28,179 nt of DNA from a virus (taxonomy: Duplodnaviria; Heunggongvirae; Uroviricota; Caudoviricetes). The stretch lies in the IMG/VR virus record IMGVR_UViG_2778261154_000006, positions 1 through 28,179 of that record; one strand, given 5' to 3'. Under the pieces are notes generated by a model. The model was not told the DNA's origin, ran no database searches, and saw only the letters and a program-made list of their open reading frames with translations. Below are positions 1 to 7,129 of the stretch, one piece after another; position 1 is the stretch's first letter, and the number at the start of each line of letters is the position of its first letter. The position numbers and the translations under genes were made by a program.

Positions 1-72
1 AATCGGTGGAGCTGCATGACAAGGTCATCGGGCATTATCTGAACATAAAACACTATCAGTAAGTTGGAGTCA

Positions 73-321
73 TTACCACGGTAACGCACCAAATGTTTTA
101 CCTTTTATTCGAGCCAAACCTGTAAGCGCATATAACTTATTATCGTCAAAATTCATCACATAAGGATTACCATCAAGACACTGTAATTGAACCTCATCAG
201 TATTAAATGGCCATACCCCATTGAAACTCTCACGTTCAATAGTTTTAAAAGGCATTGCGACGGCGGAAAAAGAAAACATAGATAAAAAAGTAACTAATAG
301 TTGAACCTTTTTTACTTTCAT
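73..321 (-). CDS. small secreted/periplasmic protein of unknown function (predicted N-terminal signal peptide)
   Basis: 82-aa ORF. N-terminus MKVKKVQLLVTFLSMFSFSAVA has a basic n-region, hydrophobic core and an AxA-type cleavage site. Low GC relative to the phage body. Starts 30 bp downstream of the preceding minus-strand gene. Confidence 0.45.
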   Translation of the reverse strand: MKVKKVQLLVTFLSMFSFSAVAMPFKTIERESFNGVWPFNTDEVQLQCLDGNPYVMNFDDNKLYALTGLARIKGKTFGALPW

Positions 322-350
322 ATCATTACCTCAATTTAGCTCAAGTAAGA

Positions 351-998
351 TTACAAATTAAAAAACACCCTAGAAATGGCGCCGCCTACCAAAACCCCTA
401 CGCAGATAAAGAATATTATTTCTTTTGGATAAAGTCGGAGTAATTCTGAAGCACGAAGTCGGACTTCTGGTAAGGTCGAACTCTCTGTGTGGCTTGATGC
501 CGATTGTTGCTCTAACCACGACAATGCAGACTGTAACTGAGAACGAGTAAGATCGTTTAAACGTCCTGTACCGAAATTGATATGGCAATACCGCAGAAGT
601 TTTTGTCGAAGTCCACAGTCTTCACTGTTACGTAGTAATAAACTTACAAGAGTCTTACAGGCATCATGATCTTTACATCGCTCAAGCATTGCATGCAGAA
701 AACTCTCCGCTGTTTTATATTGATTTACTGTCATATCATCAATACCAGCTACACCAATCTCCGCATGTACTTTTTGCCAAATAATAAACGCTTCAGTATT
801 GCTAGCTTCTGCAATAGCAGCAACCAAGCTATTTAGCTCCTTACGCTGAGCCTTAAGCAAAGGGCGATCATCATCATTATTCGAAGGGATTGCGATATTG
901 ACGGTATGAGAACCATCATATCGCTCTATCTGAATATTCTTTTCGTGAAAATCACGCCCAGCAACGCGATTGTTTGAACCGTTTGAGTTGACGGCCAT
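351..998 (-). CDS. tail-anchored membrane protein of unknown function; N-terminus carries the peptide motif found at the C-termini of the two adjacent HTH proteins
   Basis: 215-aa ORF. C-terminal hydrophobic segment IIFFICVGVLVGGAISRVFF. GGAGGT Shine-Dalgarno 3 nt upstream of the ATG. N-terminal residues 5-19 (NGSNNRVAGRDFHEK) match the C-terminal tails of the ORFs at 1014-1418 and 1445-1870. Confidence 0.5.
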   Translation of the reverse strand: MAVNSNGSNNRVAGRDFHEKNIQIERYDGSHTVNIAIPSNNDDDRPLLKAQRKELNSLVAAIAEASNTEAFIIWQKVHAEIGVAGIDDMTVNQYKTAESFLHAMLERCKDHDACKTLVSLLLRNSEDCGLRQKLLRYCHINFGTGRLNDLTRSQLQSALSWLEQQSASSHTESSTLPEVRLRASELLRLYPKEIIFFICVGVLVGGAISRVFFNL

Positions 999-1013
999 GT
1001 CACCTCCCTACTA

Positions 1014-1418
1014 TCACCTACCCTTAGTTTCGTTATAGTCACAACCAGCGATACGGTTATTACCGCCAGAAATATTTAACTCACGTCCTGATGGCTGAGT
1101 TTCCTTTTCACTGATCGCACCTTTTAAAGCCCCGATCACCGCGTTTTTCACATCTAACGAAGCTGCTCGAAAGCGAGTAATCAACTCCTGCTCATCATCG
1201 TTATAAGTTTCAGATGAGTGAATTCCCAACACAACATACTGAACATCAAGGCCAAAACGAGACAGCGCTGCCAAATACGCAGCATCAGGAAAACTATCTC
1301 CTTTCTCATATCTAAGCTGAGTTAGCTTTTTGACTCCGCCAATGTCGCTCATAGCAACTTGACTAAGTCCCAACCTTTCCCTTTCCTCACGCAACCGCTG
1401 ACCAATATCACTTTTCAT
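1014..1418 (-). CDS. XRE-family helix-turn-helix transcriptional regulator (phage repressor-like), paralog of 1445-1870
   Basis: N-terminal region IGQRLREERERLGLSQVAMSDIGGVKKLTQLRYEKGDSFPDAAYLAALSRFGLDVQYVVLG fits the XRE/Cro-CI HTH pattern. C-terminal tail NISGGNNRIAGCDYNETKGR is shared with the neighbours. Confidence 0.7.
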   Translation of the reverse strand: MKSDIGQRLREERERLGLSQVAMSDIGGVKKLTQLRYEKGDSFPDAAYLAALSRFGLDVQYVVLGIHSSETYNDDEQELITRFRAASLDVKNAVIGALKGAISEKETQPSGRELNISGGNNRIAGCDYNETKGR

Positions 1419-1444
1419 ACAAAAACCTTGACAGGTATCTTTCG

Positions 1445-1870
1445 CTAACCCTTCGTTTCATTATAGTCACGACCTGCAATACGATGGCCTTTACCTGATA
1501 CGTTTACCGTATTTGATGCAGAACTACCCGCAGTCAGGGCAGCAAGAGCTGCAGCCTTTACGGCAAGCGGAGCATTTCTAAAATGCTTGATAATTTCCAT
1601 CTCATCACGGTTTAGAGCACCCCCGACAGCCTCACCAGTTAGTATGTATTGGACGTTAGCCCCATTAAGCGCAAATGAGAGCAAAACATCTCCCCCAGGT
1701 ACCATAGTTCCCCGTTCGTACTTCCCCCAAGATTCTCGCGATACGCCGCAAAGAGCAGCAGCATCAGCCTGTTTGAGAGATAAACGCTTTCTCTCAGCCT
1801 TCAGTCTCGCACCACAAAGAGATGAAAAATTCACTTTTATACCTTGACTAAAGAGATCTATTGATCTCAT
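1445..1870 (-). CDS. XRE-family helix-turn-helix regulator, probable immunity repressor (CI/C-like); the true start may be the GTG at 1834
   Basis: HTH region LKAERKRLSLKQADAAALCGVSRESWGKYERGTMVPGGDVLLSFALNGANVQYILTG. It is the first gene of the leftward operon, divergent from the rightward early genes. C-terminal tail VSGKGHRIAGRDYNETKG. An in-frame GTG at 1834 has an AAGG 7-8 nt upstream. Confidence 0.7.
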   Translation of the reverse strand: MRSIDLFSQGIKVNFSSLCGARLKAERKRLSLKQADAAALCGVSRESWGKYERGTMVPGGDVLLSFALNGANVQYILTGEAVGGALNRDEMEIIKHFRNAPLAVKAAALAALTAGSSASNTVNVSGKGHRIAGRDYNETKG

Positions 1871-1873
1871 AAT
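1844..1873 (+). promoter_or_regulatory. predicted sigma70-type early rightward promoter (TTGACT-N18-CATAAT) in the repressor/early-gene switch region
   Basis: TTGACT at 1844-1849 and CATAAT at 1868-1873, just upstream of the first rightward gene at 1911. The palindrome TTAATTAA (1873-1880) overlaps the -10 region and is a possible operator. Pattern-based only. Confidence 0.35.
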
Positions 1874-1910
1874 TAATTAACAAACCATTAGATGATCACA
1901 ATATACCACT

Positions 1911-2117
1911 ATGAAACAAGTTCTTCACGATACCAGATCACGCATTCCGCGTAACACCGCCGCAGGTCCAAGACTGGCACTTCGGCTGTCCATCGAGGAG
2001 CGAGCCGTCATTGATGAAATGGCAGCTAAAGAACAACGCTCATCCTCTAACATGGCGCGCATGATCTTCCTTCGCGGCCTAGAGCTAACCCAGAAAGAAC
2101 AAAACAAATCTTCCTGA
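1911..2117 (+). CDS. small ribbon-helix-helix-like regulator (Cro/CII-position gene of the early operon)
   Basis: 68-aa ORF, first gene divergent from the repressor. Segment RLALRLSIEERAVIDEMAAKEQRSSSNMARMIFLRGL resembles the RHH (Arc/MetJ/CopG) pattern. Confidence 0.45.
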   Translation: MKQVLHDTRSRIPRNTAAGPRLALRLSIEERAVIDEMAAKEQRSSSNMARMIFLRGLELTQKEQNKSS

Positions 2118-2133
2118 TCAGGAGGCTAGTGGG

Positions 2134-2337
2134 ATGTCAGGTATAACCATCAATATCAATGTGAATGCCCCCTATGTATCCCTGCAGAAATATGCAGAGA
2201 TAACAGGTATCCCTCTTAATACATGCAAAAAGATGTTGGCTGACGGTCGAATTATTATCCGCCCCAAACGTGCCAAAATGGAAAAGCCTGAAGTAAACCT
2301 TGTGGCGATGTTAAAAGACGCTTTGGCTAACAGCTAA
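2134..2337 (+). CDS. small HTH protein, possibly Cox/Apl-like excisionase or regulator
   Basis: 67-aa ORF with GGAGG SD upstream. Segment SLQKYAEITGIPLNTCKKMLADGRI resembles the HTH of P2 Cox (recalled from memory). Confidence 0.4.
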   Translation: MSGITININVNAPYVSLQKYAEITGIPLNTCKKMLADGRIIIRPKRAKMEKPEVNLVAMLKDALANS

Positions 2338-2358
2338 AACAATGAACAGAGCATCATC

Positions 2359-2709
2359 ATGAAAAAAAACGCTAATAATCCATACTCCAAATTTCGTAAT
2401 GGCGTAGAACGCCATGTACACCACGTTGCTACCAGTGCATCACGTAGCAACATCCGCTACAGCCTGAGCGATACACACGCAACGCCGGATGGCTACCCCG
2501 TAAAACAAATCGGCGAGCACGCCTGGCTGATTGAGAAAGCTGGAATCGTAGTCCACAAATACCCACGCAATCCGTTTACCGGAAACCGCATTTTTGCTCT
2601 GAGCTGCGGCGACAATCAGTTCGGGCAGGATTTCACGTTGTACGAAGCGCTACGCACAGTTGATCGCCTTCTTTACGGAGAAAATTTTATTAAACAGGCT
2701 GAGTTATAA
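2359..2709 (+). CDS. hypothetical early protein
   Basis: 116-aa ORF, co-directional and tightly spaced in the early operon. No recognisable motif. Confidence 0.4.
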   Translation: MKKNANNPYSKFRNGVERHVHHVATSASRSNIRYSLSDTHATPDGYPVKQIGEHAWLIEKAGIVVHKYPRNPFTGNRIFALSCGDNQFGQDFTLYEALRTVDRLLYGENFIKQAEL

Positions 2710-2750
2710 CAGCGGGTTTATCACCGGTTATTTTTAACGAGGACTCCGTT

Positions 2751-2993
2751 ATGAGAAAACACACAGCAGAACAGGTAAACGAATTTCTGCAGGGATATTA
2801 CTTCGATAACGAAATTAATCCCCGCGCCAGAAAAACACACTTCGAAGTAATGAAGTGCGGAATATTCAGCGTCCGCAACACCCTGTTTTGTTCAAAAGAT
2901 ACGGGAGCCAGCGAGGACCTTAAAGAACTTAACCGGATGGCGAAACAATTAATGGATGGCATGGTTCCCGAACCCGCAATAATTACGGAGTAA
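2751..2993 (+). CDS. hypothetical early protein
   Basis: 80-aa ORF with GAGGA SD-like sequence upstream. Confidence 0.4.
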   Translation: MRKHTAEQVNEFLQGYYFDNEINPRARKTHFEVMKCGIFSVRNTLFCSKDTGASEDLKELNRMAKQLMDGMVPEPAIITE

Positions 2994-2998
2994 TCACG

Positions 2999-3184
2999 AT
3001 GAATTTCAGTTATTCATTCAGTGTACCGGAGTCGTTATTTGTTATCACACTGATTGCAGCCGCAATGTTTTTTGCCATCTGCATACTGACACTTATTGAT
3101 ACATGGCGGGAAATACGCGACAGACGTCGCCAGAAAAAAAACGGGATGCATACAACGCATTCATTCAGCACAAAGAAGACGTAG
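2999..3184 (+). CDS. small single-pass membrane protein
   Basis: 61-aa ORF with GGAG SD 9 nt upstream. Hydrophobic stretch LFVITLIAAAMFFAICILTLI followed by a basic tail RDRRRQKK. Confidence 0.4.
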   Translation: MNFSYSFSVPESLFVITLIAAAMFFAICILTLIDTWREIRDRRRQKKNGMHTTHSFSTKKT

Positions 3185-3281
3185 AGCGTAAAGCACGCCG
3201 CCGTCTTTAGTTAATTAACCGGTTTCGTTAATACACCGCTCACGCGGCGGGATTCGCACAATCTGAATAAGGGAAATAAAA

Positions 3282-3704
3282 ATGATTAATCCGACACTCA
3301 CCCTCAAAGATAAAGCCCTTGCGGGCGCAATGTTTTTACGCAACTACGCCGCAATGATGGCTGACACTGACAACCCGATTATGGTGCTGTCAGTGGAGCC
3401 TCACCTTATCGCCGCAGACGCAATTGAACAGGTGGTACAGGAAAACACCTGTCTGAGAAATCAGCTTGCCACCCTTCAGACAGCAGCTGACCCGGCAAAG
3501 GAAAGTGCTGAACACACCTGCCACACCACATTCATCAAAGGGACCCGCGTATGTCTGAAAAACAGTCCGCAGCAACGCGGAACGGTCGTTGACACCCGCA
3601 CCAGTAGCCCCGCCATTGACCGGGTTTTCGTCCGTTTCGATTCCCCCTTCGAGGAAGACCGCCGGGTAAAGACCAGAAACCTGGAAATAACCCCCGACAA
3701 ATGA
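3282..3704 (+). CDS. hypothetical early protein
   Basis: 140-aa ORF with AAGGG SD upstream. Preceded by a 97-bp intergenic region containing the palindrome GTTAATTAAC. Confidence 0.45.
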   Translation: MINPTLTLKDKALAGAMFLRNYAAMMADTDNPIMVLSVEPHLIAADAIEQVVQENTCLRNQLATLQTAADPAKESAEHTCHTTFIKGTRVCLKNSPQQRGTVVDTRTSSPAIDRVFVRFDSPFEEDRRVKTRNLEITPDK

Positions 3705-3958
3705 AGCTGATTATCCCTGCGCGACACCGCAAAAACCGGATGAAGCCAGGGGGAAAGCCGGAGCGGGCAGCAAGGGCGGCATACCGTCGCCTGCTGAAGG
3801 GGGACCGGTCACACGTGCGACGGCTGGAGCGGGTACCGCCCGCCCGCGTCATCAACGTCATGTACCGTTACCGGCTGTTAAGTCTGGACGAAGGCCGGAC
3901 ATGGGTACTGCTTAACCATAACGAATACGTGAAGAGGATAAGACGATGTTACAGATGA
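3701..3958 (+). CDS. hypothetical small basic protein
   Basis: 85-aa ORF, start overlapping the upstream stop. Arg/Lys-rich. GC-rich region, so weak support. Confidence 0.3.
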   Translation: MKLIIPARHRKNRMKPGGKPERAARAAYRRLLKGDRSHVRRLERVPPARVINVMYRYRLLSLDEGRTWVLLNHNEYVKRIRRCYR

Positions 3959-4476
3959 AATTTAAGCCCTGCTTTATTGACGCATTCCGCAACGGACGCA
4001 AGACCACATCCCTTCGCCCGACGGGGTTTGATTGCTACCAGGCGGGCCAGGAGTCAGCAGAATATTTTCATGAAGACACCCTGACCCGCAACATCGTTCT
4101 TCCCGATTACAGCGCCGGCGGTACCCTGGTTTTTGAGGAGGGAACCACATTTACCCGCGCATCAGACTTTGCCGGACTCCTGAAAAGACAGCCCTACCGA
4201 CAGTATGACAACATTCATCTGGTCACAGAAAACAAGAACGGCGAAACCGTGCCGTTCGCCGTGGCCTTCATTGCCGATATCGGTGTAATACAGGGCCGCC
4301 AGATAACCGATGAAGTGGCCGTCAGGGACGGCTTTAACCCTGAAAACCATCCCCGCGACGAACTCTTTGCATTCATGCGGGACACCTGCCACATAGAAAA
4401 CCCCAAAAACGAAACCTACTGGCGGTACACCTTCACCCACATCGTGATGTTGTCGCAGTGGAGGGCTGACGCATGA
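3946..4476 (+). CDS. hypothetical protein, possibly ASCH/PUA-like fold
   Basis: 176-aa ORF. N-terminal FIDAFRNGRKTTSLRP loosely resembles the ASCH-domain G-x-K-T-x-E/S-x-R signature. Sits upstream of the Dam methylase. Confidence 0.4.
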   Translation: MLQMKFKPCFIDAFRNGRKTTSLRPTGFDCYQAGQESAEYFHEDTLTRNIVLPDYSAGGTLVFEEGTTFTRASDFAGLLKRQPYRQYDNIHLVTENKNGETVPFAVAFIADIGVIQGRQITDEVAVRDGFNPENHPRDELFAFMRDTCHIENPKNETYWRYTFTHIVMLSQWRADA

Positions 4477-4712
4477 AACCCGCCATTATCTGCATTCTGT
4501 GCGAGAGCACTGTCACCGGCGGCCATTACCGCATCAGGGAACGCCACATCAACCCTGACCGTTCGCTGCTGGACAACATCACCGGCCCGAATGATGAACG
4601 CGTGATCTGCCTGAACGACGGCTCGCAGTTACGCGTGCGCAATATCCGGCGCGAAATCACGCTCGAACCCACCCCATTCACACGCGGGAAAAAACCGGAG
4701 AGTGACGCATGA
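4473..4712 (+). CDS. hypothetical protein
   Basis: 79-aa ORF, translationally coupled between neighbours (overlapping start and stop). Confidence 0.35.
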   Translation: MKPAIICILCESTVTGGHYRIRERHINPDRSLLDNITGPNDERVICLNDGSQLRVRNIRREITLEPTPFTRGKKPESDA

Positions 4713-5668
4713 AAGGTATTCTGAACCAGCGCTCACCGCTCAAATGGGCGGGCGGCAAATTCAGTATCATGCCGCAGCTGCGCGAATATTTACCCAAAGC
4801 CGCCTGCCTGATCGAACCCTTCGTGGGCGGCGGCTCGGTCTTCATGAACACGGATTATGACTATTACGTATTGTGTGACAGCAACCCCGCGCTGATTAAT
4901 TTCTACCAGCAACTGACGACCAACACCACGGAATTAATGGATCGTGCATGGTCACTCTTTAAGGATGGCGGCACACCGGAAGCCTACAAACGCCATCGCG
5001 GAGCATTTAACACCATCGCGCTGGCCACCGACAGATTACGCGGAGAATCCCTGGAATGGGCAGCGCTGTTTCTGTACCTGAACCGCCATTGCTTTAACGG
5101 CCTGTACCGCACCAACCAAAAAGGCGAATTCAATGTGCCATTCGGCAAACACCGCATGCCTTATTTCCCCTGCCAGGAAATGCGCCTGTTTGCTGATAAA
5201 GCCAACGAGACCCGGACCCGCTTTATTCACGCGGATTTCCGTACAGCCTTCACAATGCCGGCTGAGATCCACCGTTTTTCTTCGGTGCACGGCGATATCG
5301 CCATTTACTGCGATCCGCCCTACCTGCCACCGAACGGTAAAGAGGCGTTCACTCACTACAACGGCCGGGCATTTACCCGCAAAGACCACCGTGACCTTGC
5401 GGCGCTCATGATGAACGCCTGGCAACGTTACGGTATCCACCCGGTGGTCTCCAACAGTGACACCTCCGAAACCCGGCAGATCTATTCCTCGTTTGAGCTG
5501 CACACCCTGAGCGTTCGCCGCGCTGTGGCTGCCAGCAGCAGTGCACGCCAGCAGGCAAAAGAGGTGATTGGTGTTTATCCGCCAGCCCGTGAGGTCCGGA
5601 TCCGGGATGTCAATGCGGGCTGGCTGTCTCACATTCCCGCTCCACACCCCACCACGGAGATCATGTAA
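4709..5668 (+). CDS. dam: DNA N6-adenine methyltransferase, Dam family (GATC-type)
   Basis: LKWAGGK near the N-terminus, EPFVGGGSVF SAM-binding motif, DPPY catalytic motif (YCDPPYLPP), and FLYLNRHCFNGLYRTNQKGEFNVPFG closely resembling E. coli Dam. Confidence 0.9.
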   Translation: MKGILNQRSPLKWAGGKFSIMPQLREYLPKAACLIEPFVGGGSVFMNTDYDYYVLCDSNPALINFYQQLTTNTTELMDRAWSLFKDGGTPEAYKRHRGAFNTIALATDRLRGESLEWAALFLYLNRHCFNGLYRTNQKGEFNVPFGKHRMPYFPCQEMRLFADKANETRTRFIHADFRTAFTMPAEIHRFSSVHGDIAIYCDPPYLPPNGKEAFTHYNGRAFTRKDHRDLAALMMNAWQRYGIHPVVSNSDTSETRQIYSSFELHTLSVRRAVAASSSARQQAKEVIGVYPPAREVRIRDVNAGWLSHIPAPHPTTEIM

Positions 5669-5979
5669 TGGCCATTATCTATATCGCCGGCCCCATGACG
5701 GGGAAGCCTGATTTCAACCGCACCGCCTTCACCATGACGGCGACCCGCCTGAGGATGCAGGGTCATACCGTACTCAACCCCGCAACACTCCCTGACGGGC
5801 TGAGATACAGGGACTACATGCTTATCGGGAGCGCCATGCTGCACTGTGCCGATGTGATTTACCTGCTGGATGGCTGGGAGGACTCGCCGGGGGCAAAAGA
5901 GGAACACGCCACCGCCCTGAAACTGAATCTGATCATCTCCACACCAGAAAGCCGTAAGGAGGCCAAATCATGTTTCTGA
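5668..5979 (+). CDS. DUF4406-like protein (nucleoside 2-deoxyribosyltransferase-like fold)
   Basis: 103-aa ORF whose start overlaps the dam stop (ATG within TAATG). N-terminal IIYIAGPMTG resembles the DUF4406 family (family assignment from memory, unverified). Confidence 0.5.
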   Translation: MAIIYIAGPMTGKPDFNRTAFTMTATRLRMQGHTVLNPATLPDGLRYRDYMLIGSAMLHCADVIYLLDGWEDSPGAKEEHATALKLNLIISTPESRKEAKSCF

Positions 5980-6524
5980 AACCAATGGGGGGACCAGGTA
6001 AAGCACCGAAGCACGTCAGTGCCTGGACACAACAGGAAGACGAACTGCTTATCTCGCTTTATCAGGATCACAGCACATGGCAAATGGCTGAACGACTTCA
6101 GCGAACCCGCAGCGCAGTGATGCACCGGATTCTTTTTTTACGTAATCGCGGGTTGATTGGTCGCAAGAGAAAAGCACCGCTGAGTGCAGAAGCCATCGCC
6201 TTTCTCACCAAAAACCGTCACGCAAAAACCGCACGGGAACTGGCCCGGAAGGCGGGATGCAGCGAGTGCACCGTGAGGTACACACTGCATAAACGGGGTT
6301 ACAGCCTTAAGAAATGCGGCGAGAGCCACCATTGCACCAGATACAGCGATCGTCTGGCTGAGCTGGTTACGGAGCTACGCGACAGACGCAACATGACGTT
6401 CTGCATAATCGCGAAACACATCAACATCACGATGCAAATGCACATCAGCGATGATACGGCGTTTCACCTCTACAACCGCCGGACCGCCGCCGACGCCCTG
6501 TTGTACGAACTGCTGCCGAACTGA
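5970..6524 (+). CDS. putative DNA-binding protein with two HTH-like segments
   Basis: 184-aa ORF. Segments WTQQEDELLISLYQDHSTWQMAERLQRTRSAVMHRI and AKTARELARKAGCSECTVRYTL look HTH-like. Followed by an intrinsic terminator. Confidence 0.45.
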   Translation: MFLKPMGGPGKAPKHVSAWTQQEDELLISLYQDHSTWQMAERLQRTRSAVMHRILFLRNRGLIGRKRKAPLSAEAIAFLTKNRHAKTARELARKAGCSECTVRYTLHKRGYSLKKCGESHHCTRYSDRLAELVTELRDRRNMTFCIIAKHINITMQMHISDDTAFHLYNRRTAADALLYELLPN

Positions 6525-6644
6525 GTGATCATCATGCACACACAAAAAAACCGCTTGCCATGTCGCAATCAGTCAGGTTACATTTCCGCTGCACCTCATA
6601 AAACGGGTGCCGGGATTGAGACCCCGCTGACAAACGTAGCGCAC

Positions 6645-6665
6645 AACCGCGCCAGCGGTTTTTTT
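6645..6665 (+). terminator. rho-independent terminator (6-bp GC-rich stem, GCCA loop, 7-T run)
   Basis: AACCGC-GCCA-GCGGTT followed by TTTTTTT, about 120 bp downstream of the stop at 6524. Confidence 0.55.
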
Positions 6666-6844
6666 GTGCGTACCGTATCGTCACACCTTTTTCGCATCAG
6701 AATTATGGTGGGGCGTACAGGGCCGACTTCGGTCGGGCCGGGTTCTGCGTTTGCCGGTAGTCTCAACCCTGTACGTCTCACCACCCCGAGTTTGAGACCT
6801 CTGGATGGTGAGTTTTCAAAACTTACACACGTAGAGGCCACACC

Positions 6845-7072
6845 ATGGCAAACCGCAAACAACAGCGCGCATACGCTGCGCGTCGTCACATCCGGACTGA
6901 AATCAACCGCAGACTTTTCCGCGCCTTCCGCGTCGCGCATATCATGCACATCAATATGCTGCATGAGCGCAGTCACGCACTGTCAAACACCTATTCCGCC
7001 GCTGTTTTCAGCTATCTGGCGGATGATCTGCGCGGGCTGCGGGACCTCATTAACCAGCACTACCACCACTAA
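6845..7072 (+). CDS. hypothetical small basic protein
   Basis: 75-aa ORF with GAGG 7-8 nt upstream. Lies after the structured non-coding region. Weak support. Confidence 0.3.
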   Translation: MANRKQQRAYAARRHIRTEINRRLFRAFRVAHIMHINMLHERSHALSNTYSAAVFSYLADDLRGLRDLINQHYHH

Positions 7073-7129
7073 TCAACATCCCGCATCCATACGCGGGAGG
7101 CTTCCGCACGTCCGTTTCCGGAGGTTCTC

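Noticed and set aside
996-1418. Possible readthrough fusion of the second HTH protein with the 215-aa membrane protein (the two are in the same frame)
   Set aside because: Three consecutive in-frame stop codons followed by a canonical SD and ATG argue for two separate polypeptides, not a fusion.
5036-5647. 203-aa antisense ORF inside the Dam methylase gene (similar long antisense ORFs at 7757-8183, 8497-8946, 9792-10370, 12585-13442, 13174-13596, 22730-23155, 23693-24284 and 24565-25266)
   Set aside because: Each overlaps a gene with clear family motifs on the opposite strand or in another frame. Long spurious ORFs are expected in GC-rich DNA, and none has an RBS or recognisable motifs.
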